Source of the DNA: Thermoanaerobaculia bacterium
GTDB lineage: Bacteria > Acidobacteriota > Thermoanaerobaculia > Gp7-AA8
Assembly: GCA_016650215.1 (NCBI GenBank)
Contig: JAENWF010000010.1
Coordinates: 1 to 41,888 of the forward strand
DNA length: 41,888 bases
Direction of reading: 5' to 3'
Position 1 is the first letter of the stretch. Each line of letters starts with the position of its first letter. Positions 23,360 to 31,819 of the stretch are shown here, one piece after another. The notes beneath the pieces were generated by a model. It did no database searches. It had not been told where the DNA came from and worked only from the letters and a program-made list of their open reading frames with translations. The position numbers and the translations under genes are program-made.

Positions 23360-26106
23360 GGCCGCCACCTTAGACCGAACCACCACCTCGTGCTGCCTCG
23401 CAGCGGCTCATCGAGAATTTTTGCGGCGCCCAGTGTGACATCGAATGCCGGAAGGCGCAGCAGCGGAATCGGACCGCTTCCGATCGACCATTCGACACCC
23501 GCCAGGGCGAGCGACACGCTCCCCGTTCGGTGTTCCTGCCAGAAGAGCGAGAGCGGAAGGATCGGCGTCGTCAAACCGAAACGCAGTCCTTCGTAGTCAT
23601 CGCCCTCAAGAGTCTCCGCCTCGAGCGCCGGTTCGAAGACGCGCCGCGCGAATGCGGAGCGCGGCACGATCGACGATGGCAGACCTCCCACATCGACGGT
23701 CCCGCTGTCGCGCTGATAACGCGCATCGGCCCGCCATCCGCGGCGGCTCACCGACGCGGTGAACGCTCCGCGCGAATGGTCGTCGTCGCCGGTCTCGAGC
23801 GCGCCTTCGATTTGCTGGGAGAATCGCCAGCTGCCGAGGCGCTGCCGCGTGCGCGCGCTCACGGCAAAAAATCCGAGGTCGACGGGACGCCCAAAAAAGC
23901 CACCGGCGTCGATGGTCAGCGTCATGCGCGGGAACGTGAGCGTCCTCGCGGCGCGGACCTCGATCCCTTCGCGTTCGATGCTGCGCTCTTCGGCGTGAAA
24001 GAGATGCGCGGAGATCGCGACCGGCCATCCGTGCCATGCAGATGCGATCGCGCCGCCGCGTTGCGCGCCATCATTGCCGAGGGACGCGATCACAATCGTA
24101 TCGAGGCGCCCGACGATGTCGCCGGCGCGGATCCCGATCTCGCCGGCGCTCTGGCCGGGTGCGAACACGAAACCGGCGAGCGAGAAACGCTCCTGGCGTC
24201 CGAGGCCGTATTCGCGTGCGGGAGCGAGAGTTTCTTCCGCGAAGATCGTGGGCTGTGACGGGTTGGGCGGGAGTGCGGGGACAAGCGTGGGGTCGTACCC
24301 CGGCAGCATGACCGCGGTTTCGCCTTTCGTCATGCGGACGACGAAACCGTCGGGCTCGAGCGACATGAAGAAGAGGCGGCCGTCGGGCGAAGGGGCCGGC
24401 GCGAATGCAGCGCCCGAGCTGCGTGTCAGCGGCTGCCAGGCGCAGTCATGCAGGCGGTGAATCTCGGCGAATCCGCGCGAGGAATGCGTCGCGACGATGT
24501 CGTCGCCCTGCCATTCTGGGGAGGAGACGTTCGCGTCGATTGCAAAGGGAGACGGAAGACCGCCGGCTTGAGAGCCGGCGCCACATCGAGCGTCGCTCGT
24601 GCGCGCGTCCACGGACGATAGGTTCAATTGCCACTTGCCGTCGCGGTGCTCGACGTACGCCAGCCGTTTTCCGTCGCGGCTGACGCGGGGATGCGAGTAG
24701 ATGATGTCGAGCGATGGCTCGTTGAGCTGCGTGACCGCGCCCGACGCGAGATCGACCGACACGAGCTGCGTCAATCCGTGACGGCTTCGCACTGCGACGG
24801 CGGTCCGTCCGCCGGGATTGGGATCGGCGTCCAGAACATCGGCGAGATGCGTGACGCGCCGGTTCGCGCCGGTCGATGGCGTCCAGAGGAAGAGATCGCG
24901 ATGCAGAAAGCCGTCGCGATCCGGCTGGCGATGCGAGTAAAGGATCGAACCATCCGCGGTCCATCGCGGCGACTCGATGTCACCGCCGTCAGGCAGCCGG
25001 AACGTGTGGAGCGGTTTGCGCGGCAGCGGCTTCGTTCGCACCGGCGCGACATCGAGCGGATCGCGCGCAAGCATCTTCGCAATCCGTTCCTCGTACTTGC
25101 GCCGATCCTCCTCGGAATCTTCAGTCGCCCAGATCGCGATCTCGGCCGTCTCGTTTCGACGACGCACGACGAGCGCGATCTTCGTCCCGTCGGGAGAGAC
25201 CGCCGGCTCGCCGCTCGGCCCTGTCGTTTCCTGCCAGAGCTCCCCTTCCGCCATTGACCCGGTGCGATTCACCGTCATCGCCGATGCGGTCAGCTCCGCG
25301 ACGAACTGTCCGTAGAGGCGTCCGGGCGATTCTCCAAAGACGCCGGTGAATGCCCCGTCGAACGAGCGGCTCTGGCGCGCGGTCATGCGGCGCCAGAGAT
25401 TGTGCAGGCTCTCGGGGCCGCTCCGCTGCTCGAGCCACTCTAGAAATGCGGAGCCGGCGAGGTAGGCCATCGACATGCCGGCGAAGCGCGAGTCGGAGTT
25501 GAGCTGCCCATACGAAGGCATGCGCCCGTTCGCCGCCCACTCGCGGAGGATCGCCGCGCGCAGAGTGCTGCTCGGACGTCCCGCGCCGGTGAGGCGTCCC
25601 TCGATGACGGTCGCGTACCCCTCATGAACCCAGCGCGGTGCGCCGAGCGCGATGGTGCCCACCGGCAGGAGGGATCGCTGCAGGAGACGCCGGACGGGAT
25701 TTCGCGACGGACGCGTGAGATGGATGATGTGCGCGACTTCGTGCACGGCGAGAAGATCGATCCAGTTGTTGTAAGCACCGATCTGCTCGTCGGGTCCGGG
25801 CGGCTCGGTATAGAGGATGATGCGCGGCGCATCGAGAAGCGGCCACGCGATGCCGTTCGCGTCGGCTTCCGGGTTCGTGATCACGACATCGATGCGCTCC
25901 GGAAGGTCGTATCCGATCTCCTTGACGACCGCCGCGCGGATCGACTCCAGACGCGACGCCGCGCGCCGGCTCCACGCTTCGAACTCGTTGGGATAATGCA
26001 CACGAAAGTGTGCAGTCTCCAAGGTGCGCCAGTCATCGTGCGGCGCCTGCGCGCGAACAGAAATCGCGGCGAGCAGAACGGTGCTCAGCAGGAAAACGCG
26101 TCGCAT
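23356..26106 (-). CDS. Large exported protein: gluzincin-like (peptidase MA) domain, TolB/PD40 propeller and beta-rich C-terminus
   Basis: Signal peptide, WRTLETAHFRVHY, HEVAH...PRWVHEG, repeated SPDG/SRDG propeller motifs and an alternating C-terminal strand WWFGLRWRP. Confidence 0.85.
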   Translation of the reverse strand: MRRVFLLSTVLLAAISVRAQAPHDDWRTLETAHFRVHYPNEFEAWSRRAASRLESIRAAVVKEIGYDLPERIDVVITNPEADANGIAWPLLDAPRIILYTEPPGPDEQIGAYNNWIDLLAVHEVAHIIHLTRPSRNPVRRLLQRSLLPVGTIALGAPRWVHEGYATVIEGRLTGAGRPSSTLRAAILREWAANGRMPSYGQLNSDSRFAGMSMAYLAGSAFLEWLEQRSGPESLHNLWRRMTARQSRSFDGAFTGVFGESPGRLYGQFVAELTASAMTVNRTGSMAEGELWQETTGPSGEPAVSPDGTKIALVVRRRNETAEIAIWATEDSEEDRRKYEERIAKMLARDPLDVAPVRTKPLPRKPLHTFRLPDGGDIESPRWTADGSILYSHRQPDRDGFLHRDLFLWTPSTGANRRVTHLADVLDADPNPGGRTAVAVRSRHGLTQLVSVDLASGAVTQLNEPSLDIIYSHPRVSRDGKRLAYVEHRDGKWQLNLSSVDARTSDARCGAGSQAGGLPSPFAIDANVSSPEWQGDDIVATHSSRGFAEIHRLHDCAWQPLTRSSGAAFAPAPSPDGRLFFMSLEPDGFVVRMTKGETAVMLPGYDPTLVPALPPNPSQPTIFAEETLAPAREYGLGRQERFSLAGFVFAPGQSAGEIGIRAGDIVGRLDTIVIASLGNDGAQRGGAIASAWHGWPVAISAHLFHAEERSIEREGIEVRAARTLTFPRMTLTIDAGGFFGRPVDLGFFAVSARTRQRLGSWRFSQQIEGALETGDDDHSRGAFTASVSRRGWRADARYQRDSGTVDVGGLPSSIVPRSAFARRVFEPALEAETLEGDDYEGLRFGLTTPILPLSLFWQEHRTGSVSLALAGVEWSIGSGPIPLLRLPAFDVTLGAAKILDEPLRGSTRWWFGLRWRP

Positions 26107-26143
26107 TCAGCGTGGTAGTGTACGGGCCTCGAAGGGGAACTCA

Positions 26144-27115
26144 ATGCCGAAGCATCCGATGCTGATTCTCGCTGCGCTTTTTCTCACGGTTGCGATCGAA
26201 GCGCAGGAGTCGAAGAAGGCGATGCTCGTCGTTCATGGCGGCGCCGGAACCATCACGCGCAGCAGCATGACGCCCGAGATGGAGAAGGAGTACCGGACGT
26301 CGCTCGAGACCGCGCTGCGCACCGGCTACGCGATCCTCGCGCGCGGCGGCACGAGTCTCGATGCCGTCGAAGCGACGGTCCGTGTTCTCGAAGACAACCC
26401 GCTCTTCAACGCCGGCAAAGGTGCCGTCTTCACGCACGAGGGACGCAACGAGCTCGACGCCTCGATCATGGATGGGAAGACGAAGAAGGCGGGAGCTGTC
26501 GCTGCAGTTTCGATCATCAAGAATCCGATCTCGGCCGCGCGTGCGGTCATGGACAAATCGCCGCACGTGATGATGGCGGGACGCGGCGCTGAGCTCTTCG
26601 CGACGAAGATGGGACTCGAGATCGTAGACCCGTCGTACTTCTGGACCGAGCGCCGCTGGAAGGCGCTGCAGAAAGAGCTGCAGAAAGAGTCACAGGCGAA
26701 ACCGATCGGGACCGTCGGCGCAGTTGCAGTCGATCGCGATGGAAATCTAGCGGCAGCGACATCAACCGGCGGCATGACCAACAAGCAGTTCGGACGCGTT
26801 GGCGATACGCCGATCATCGGCGCGGGCAACTTCGCCGAGAACGAGTCGTGCGCGGTCTCAGGGACGGGACACGGCGAGTACTTTATCCGCTGGACTGTCG
26901 CGTACGACATCGCGGCCTTGATGAAGTATCGCGGCATGACCGTGCAGGCGGCAGCGGACGAAGTCGTGAACAAGAAGCTGAAGGCGGCCGGCGGCGAGGG
27001 TGGCGTGATCGCGATCGACGCCAAGGGAAACTTCGCGATGCCGTTCAACAGCGACGGGATGTACCGCGGTTACATCGGCGCCGACGGCGTGGCGAGGGTT
27101 TCGATTTATCGTTGA
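26144..27115 (+). CDS. Isoaspartyl peptidase/L-asparaginase (Ntn hydrolase) with signal peptide
   Basis: VVHGGAG, FNAGKG, ELDASIMDG, GTVGAVA (Thr nucleophile), ATSTGG and GRVGDTP motifs. Start moved to ATG 26144. Confidence 0.95.
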   Translation: MPKHPMLILAALFLTVAIEAQESKKAMLVVHGGAGTITRSSMTPEMEKEYRTSLETALRTGYAILARGGTSLDAVEATVRVLEDNPLFNAGKGAVFTHEGRNELDASIMDGKTKKAGAVAAVSIIKNPISAARAVMDKSPHVMMAGRGAELFATKMGLEIVDPSYFWTERRWKALQKELQKESQAKPIGTVGAVAVDRDGNLAAATSTGGMTNKQFGRVGDTPIIGAGNFAENESCAVSGTGHGEYFIRWTVAYDIAALMKYRGMTVQAAADEVVNKKLKAAGGEGGVIAIDAKGNFAMPFNSDGMYRGYIGADGVARVSIYR

Positions 27116-27120
27116 CTCTC

Positions 27121-27144
27121 ATCCTTCGCTTCGCTCAGGATGAC
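27121..27144 (-). repeat. CGTC-tagged REP
   Basis: Reverse complement GTCATCCTGAGCGAAGCGAAGGAT matches 15139-15162. Confidence 0.85.
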
Positions 27145-27152
27145 CCGGGGGG

Positions 27153-27182
27153 TGGACATAAAACGAACGTTCGTGCTATTTT
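27153..27182 (+). promoter_or_regulatory. Promoter with a TetR-type operator palindrome
   Basis: TGGACA-18 nt-TATTTT. The perfect palindrome ACGAACGTTCGT (27163-27174) lies in the spacer, upstream of an operon encoding a TetR. Confidence 0.7.
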
Positions 27183-27205
27183 ATCCACGCCTTAGGAGAA
27201 ACGAT

Positions 27206-27646
27206 ATGCACGACGGACTAATCGACGACCTCTTCAATCCCCGCTTCGTCTACTTTTCACCCGTTCATCTCGACGAGCTCACCACACGCGGCTACCTCGA
27301 TCGCGTCGCGTTCGCCTCGCACGTCGACGCGGCCATCGCTGCGTGGCAGATCAACATGGAGAACAAATCGGAGCAGTGTTTTGGCGTGCGCGACATCAGC
27401 GTCGAAACGCTCAGCCCCGTCGTCTCTCCGGGCGTGATGCGCGTCGACGTCTGGGTCGAGCGGATCGATGAGTCGTGCTGCGCGTTCGGATTTCTCTGCT
27501 CGAGCGAGGACGGCAACGTCGCATTCGCGCGGGGCGAACGCTCGATCACGAAGCTCGATCCGCAGTCGCATCAGCCCGCGTCGTGGAGCAAGTCGTTCCG
27601 TATCAAGCACGAGTCGTTGCAGAAAGAGCTTCACGCCTACGCATGA
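27206..27646 (+). CDS. Hotdog-fold thioesterase-like protein
   Basis: 4HBT-like layout (VHLDEL...ISVETLSPV...MRVDVWVERI...FARGERSITKLDP...PASWS). SD AGGAGA. Confidence 0.7.
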   Translation: MHDGLIDDLFNPRFVYFSPVHLDELTTRGYLDRVAFASHVDAAIAAWQINMENKSEQCFGVRDISVETLSPVVSPGVMRVDVWVERIDESCCAFGFLCSSEDGNVAFARGERSITKLDPQSHQPASWSKSFRIKHESLQKELHAYA

Positions 27647-28254
27647 AGGGTGACCGCACACGGCAGACGATTCTCGAGCGCGCAGTCGATATCGCGTCGC
27701 TCGAAGGTCTCGAGGGCCTTACGATCGGCCGTCTCGCCGACGACCTCGGCATGAGCAAGAGCGGTCTCTTCGCGCACTTTGGGTCGAAAGAGGAGCTGCA
27801 GCTGGCGACGCTCGAGGTTGCGGGCGAGCGCTTCCTCGACGCCGTGCTCCGTCCCGCGCTGAAGGAACCGCGCGGCTATCCGCGGCTAATGGCGATCTGC
27901 AGCGCGTGGATCCGATACGTCAAAGGGAGCGTCTTCCCCGGCGGCTGCTTTTTCGCCGCTGCGTCGTTCGAGTTCGACGGCCGTCCGGGTGTTGTCCGCG
28001 ACCAGCTCGCGAGCACGATGGGCGATTGGATGGCGGCCATCGAAAAGGCCGTGACGATCGCGCAGGACGAAGGCCACCTCGATCCCGAGTTCGACGCTGC
28101 GCAGCTCGCCTTTGAGATCAACTCCATCTTCTTCGGCGCGAACTTTTCGTATCAGCTTCGAGGAGACCGGAAAGCGCTTACGCAGGCAACGACGGCGATC
28201 GAGCACCGTCTCGAAGCGCTGCGGATCAAACCGAGAGCACGCCGCGCGGGATAG
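27643..28254 (+). CDS. TetR/AcrR-family transcriptional regulator
   Basis: GLTIGRLADDLGMSKSGLFAHFGSKEELQ HTH and PGGCFF motif. ATGA overlap with the upstream gene. Confidence 0.95.
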   Translation: MKGDRTRQTILERAVDIASLEGLEGLTIGRLADDLGMSKSGLFAHFGSKEELQLATLEVAGERFLDAVLRPALKEPRGYPRLMAICSAWIRYVKGSVFPGGCFFAAASFEFDGRPGVVRDQLASTMGDWMAAIEKAVTIAQDEGHLDPEFDAAQLAFEINSIFFGANFSYQLRGDRKALTQATTAIEHRLEALRIKPRARRAG

Positions 28255-28255
28255 G

Positions 28256-28432
28256 TTTTGGAGTGCGGACTCAGAGGGAACGAAAAGCCGCCGGCTGAAG
28301 CCGGCGCCACGTCATGCATGGCTCGTGGCAGCATCCGTAAGCGACGTGGCGCCGGCTTCAGCCGGCGGTTTCCGTCCTCTGTTGCGCCAGATCGCAGCGT
28401 TAGAAAGCGGCGGCGACCCGCCGCACTCCGAA
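28256..28432. repeat. Nested REP doublets: a GTGG-type pair inside a GGAGTGCGG-type pair
   Basis: 26-bp perfect IR (28288-28313 / 28343-28368), flanked by TTTTGGAGTGCGG (28256-28268) and AAAGCGGCGGCGACCCGCCGCACTCCGAA (28404-28432). Confidence 0.88.
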
Positions 28433-29218
28433 GACGTCATCGAACGCGCGTTCTGCTTCATCGCGCGATCTCGCATCGCGAAACGCGCCGGCGATCGTTG
28501 ATCCCGATCCGCTCATTCCCGCCCACGCGGCACCTGCTTCGAGCAGCCGCCGCTTCAACTCGCCGAGCCGCGGCAGCATCGCGAAGATCGGTTCCTCGAA
28601 GTCATTCACGAGCAGATCAGCATGCGCCAGAAAATCCGTCGTGAGTGCGGTGCGGAACGCCGCGATGCCGGCGGGTTTCGAATAGCGGGTGATCCTCGCG
28701 AACGCCTCGCGTGTCGATACGCGCTCCTCGGGAATCAACAACAGCAGCGCGATCTCGCTCGACGGTGCGGCGAGCGGCGTAAGCGCCTCCCCTCTCCCCG
28801 TCGCGTACGCCGTGCCGCCGTCGAGAAAAAACGGCACGTCGGATCCGAGCTGCAACGCGATCTCGTGCATTCGCACGCGCGAGGTTTTCAGCTCGAACAT
28901 CGCATCGAGCGCCATGAGCGTCGCCGCGGCATTCGACGATCCCCCGCCCAGTCCCCCGCCCGACGGGATCCGCTTCCGCAGATCGATGGCCACCGGCGGA
29001 GAGCCGAGGGCGCGCGCCGCACGGATTACGAGATTCGTGTCGTCAACGGGGATCAGCGGATCGTCGCAGGTGAGTGAAAGCCGGGCCGCCGGCTCGAACG
29101 TCAGGTCGTCGTGCAGCGAGATTGCCTGAAAGAGCGTCTCGAGATCATGGAAGCCATCCGCGCGCCGCCCAGTGATTCGCAGCGCCCAGTTGATCTTCGC
29201 ATGCGAACGGACCTTCAT
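28400..29218 (-). CDS. ispE: 4-diphosphocytidyl-2-C-methyl-D-erythritol kinase
   Basis: AKINWAL, DGFHDLET, KRIPSGGGLGGGSSNAA, LGSDVPFF and MSGSGS motifs. Confidence 0.97.
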   Translation of the reverse strand: MKVRSHAKINWALRITGRRADGFHDLETLFQAISLHDDLTFEPAARLSLTCDDPLIPVDDTNLVIRAARALGSPPVAIDLRKRIPSGGGLGGGSSNAAATLMALDAMFELKTSRVRMHEIALQLGSDVPFFLDGGTAYATGRGEALTPLAAPSSEIALLLLIPEERVSTREAFARITRYSKPAGIAAFRTALTTDFLAHADLLVNDFEEPIFAMLPRLGELKRRLLEAGAAWAGMSGSGSTIAGAFRDARSRDEAERAFDDVFGVRRVAAAF

Positions 29219-29814
29219 CGCTTCGTCGCGATCGTCTCGAGATGCTCGATCTCGAGCGTGTCGCCGCCTCGCGTCACCGTGACCTTGTGCGCCGGAAACT
29301 GCGGCGGATCGAACGACACCGTGACATCCGCAACCGACGCCCGCGCGAGTCCCATCGCGGAGGCTTCGTACAACAACTCGCGACGCGGCGGGAGGCCGAG
29401 AAGCAGCATCGCCATCTCGTACGGCTCGAGCTCGGCGGTGTAGAAGCCAAGCGATCGCGCGAGATCCTCGGCGGTCGTCTTCACCGTCGTTCCTTCGAGA
29501 TGGTTCGTGTACGAGATCCGGTCACCTTCCGCGCGAATCGTCATCGCTGCCGTTCCGATGGGCGTGTATGCGATCAGCTCCATCGTCTCAGGCTTAGTTA
29601 CGACGAGCTGCGCGCGAAACGATTGCACTTCATCGCCGCGCGTCGCGCGCACCTTCATCATGCTGCGTGCGCCGGTGAATGACGCGGCTCGCGCGTGCAA
29701 TTGCGCGAGCGCCTCGTCAGGTGACGAGGATGTCAGAGGAGCGAGCGGAGTGCCCGGGCCCAGCGACCGGCACGCCGTGAAACAGAGCGCGGCGGCGAGT
29801 GCCCATTCCCTCAC
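29215..29814 (-). CDS. Lipoprotein, LolB/DUF4292-like
   Basis: Lipobox FTAC, beta-rich LolA/LolB-like pattern (TPIGT..., LLLGLP). Located between a TPR gene and ispE. Confidence 0.7.
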   Translation of the reverse strand: MREWALAAALCFTACRSLGPGTPLAPLTSSSPDEALAQLHARAASFTGARSMMKVRATRGDEVQSFRAQLVVTKPETMELIAYTPIGTAAMTIRAEGDRISYTNHLEGTTVKTTAEDLARSLGFYTAELEPYEMAMLLLGLPPRRELLYEASAMGLARASVADVTVSFDPPQFPAHKVTVTRGGDTLEIEHLETIATKR

Positions 29815-31700
29815 CGCTGCGACTGCCGCTCGACGTCTGAAATCTTCGACCGGAGTTTCGCCCCGTCATCCGCGGAGGGATCGAACGAGAGCGCGGTTCG
29901 ATAGAGCTCGAGCGCGCGCTGCCGCTGCCCTCGCTTGAGGAGCACATCGGCGAGATGTTCGTGCACGGTCGCATCGCGTGGCAGCAGCCGCGCCGCGTCG
30001 GTCAGAAATTTCTCGGCAAGGTCGAGTTTCCCCTGGCGGTAATAAACCCAGCCGAGGGAGTCGACGTAGGCGCCGTTGCGCGGCTCCTGTGCGACGGCGC
30101 GCTGAAGCATGTCAGCGGCGCGGTCGAGATTGACGTTGCGGTCGGCCCACATGTAACCGAGGTAATTGAGGGTTCCGGCGTGCTCGGGATGCTTCTCGAG
30201 GATTTCGAGGAAGGCCTTCTCGGAGGCATCGTGACGTCCGGCGCGCTCGAGCGCCGAACCGAGCTCGAACTTCAGCTCGATCTCGTCAGGCTTCGAGGCG
30301 AGCGCGTTCTTGATCAGATCGATGCCGGCATCGTTGTCGCCCGCCTGAATGAATGCTTCAGCCGTCGCCACAACGCTTCGCGTCCCGAACTTCGCCTGCG
30401 TCGCGGCTGCAATCCGCGCCTTCTCCTTCTCGCCGGAGCGGTGAAGCATCTCGACGTAGCGCGCGTTGACGAACGGGTCCGCGGTGAAGGCGGTGGTCAG
30501 CGGCTCGAGCAATGCGACGCCTTCCGAATATTTTTTCTGTTTGCGGAGCGCCTCGAGTGCGATGTTGATCGCCTGCGCATTCGGCTTGTCGCGGAAGACG
30601 AAGACAGGCTTCGCCGCCTCGACTGCCGCGTCGTAGTTCTCGCGCTGCAGCTCGATGAACGCGAGTTGAGTCCGCGCGAGCACCGCGAGATTGTCGGGCA
30701 CGGCCTCGACCTTGAGCAGCGTGCGGAACGTCTTCTCCGCGTCGTCGAGCTTTCGCTGGCCGATCTGCGTCAGGCCGAAGCTCGCGAGCAGGTCGGGATC
30801 GCTCGGCGACTTCTCGAGCAGCTTCCGATAAATCTTGTCCGCCTCTTCGAACTGCTGGAGATCGTTGAGCGACTCGGCGAGATAGAAGAGGGATCGGGCG
30901 TCGCTCGGATCGGCATCGACGAGCGTGCGGAATGCCTTACGCGCATTCTCCGGCAATCCTGCCCGAAGATAGAAGTACGCCTGATTCCGCTGAAGCTCGA
31001 CGTTGACCGGATCCTGATCGATGAGCGGCTGCAGTACCTCGGCCGCCTTCCGCCACTCGTTCTCTTTCTGATAGATGTCGACGAGCTGCAGGATTGCGGG
31101 ACTGAACGTCGGATCGAGCAGCACGGCGCGCTCGAGGTAAACGCGCGACTCACTTCCGCGTCCAAGCTTCGTCAACACCTGCGCGTAGTTGAAGTTGATA
31201 ACGCGCTGATCGGGAGCGCGCTCGACCAGCGTTGCGAGCACCCGCTCGGCCTCGTCGGTCCGCCCGGCGGCGACGAGAAGTTGCGAGACCGTGACACCGG
31301 TCGAAAGGTCGTCGGGATTCGATTTGAACGCGGCCTGAAGGTGCTTGAGCGCTTCTTCCATCCGCGCGCGATCGCTGCCGGCGCGGTCGAGGAGCACGCG
31401 GCCGAAAATGCGCTGCGCGTCGTAGAACTCGGGGTTCGCCTGCACCAGCTTGCGCAGTTCGCTCTCGGCGCGCTCGATGCGTCCCGCGTCGAGCAGGATC
31501 ATCGCCCGTTCGTAAAGGAGGACCGGATCGGCCGGACTCTTGTCGATGACTCGGTCGATGCGGGAGAGCGCCTCATCGAAGCGCCCCTCGTCGGCAGCGA
31601 GCTTGGCAAGAACGAAGTCGTATGGCTCGGAAGGAAAGTCCTGCGCGCCGGCAATACCCACCACCGCGGCGGCCAGGACGGCCAGAATCAGCATCTTCAT
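29811..31700 (-). CDS. Exported tetratricopeptide repeat protein
   Basis: Signal peptide, many TPRs, LNYLGYMWAD and YVDSLGWVYYRQG motifs. Start moved to ATG 31700. Confidence 0.92.
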   Translation of the reverse strand: MKMLILAVLAAAVVGIAGAQDFPSEPYDFVLAKLAADEGRFDEALSRIDRVIDKSPADPVLLYERAMILLDAGRIERAESELRKLVQANPEFYDAQRIFGRVLLDRAGSDRARMEEALKHLQAAFKSNPDDLSTGVTVSQLLVAAGRTDEAERVLATLVERAPDQRVINFNYAQVLTKLGRGSESRVYLERAVLLDPTFSPAILQLVDIYQKENEWRKAAEVLQPLIDQDPVNVELQRNQAYFYLRAGLPENARKAFRTLVDADPSDARSLFYLAESLNDLQQFEEADKIYRKLLEKSPSDPDLLASFGLTQIGQRKLDDAEKTFRTLLKVEAVPDNLAVLARTQLAFIELQRENYDAAVEAAKPVFVFRDKPNAQAINIALEALRKQKKYSEGVALLEPLTTAFTADPFVNARYVEMLHRSGEKEKARIAAATQAKFGTRSVVATAEAFIQAGDNDAGIDLIKNALASKPDEIELKFELGSALERAGRHDASEKAFLEILEKHPEHAGTLNYLGYMWADRNVNLDRAADMLQRAVAQEPRNGAYVDSLGWVYYRQGKLDLAEKFLTDAARLLPRDATVHEHLADVLLKRGQRQRALELYRTALSFDPSADDGAKLRSKISDVERQSQR

Positions 31701-31819
31701 AGTTGATTTCATCGTAGCACTCGGCAGAGAGAGGAACAGCGAGTGCGGGGGGCGCATTCTGCCTGCAATCCAAACGGGGCAGGACACGGTTACCGTATTG
31801 TGTTAAAAGCGAGAAACGC

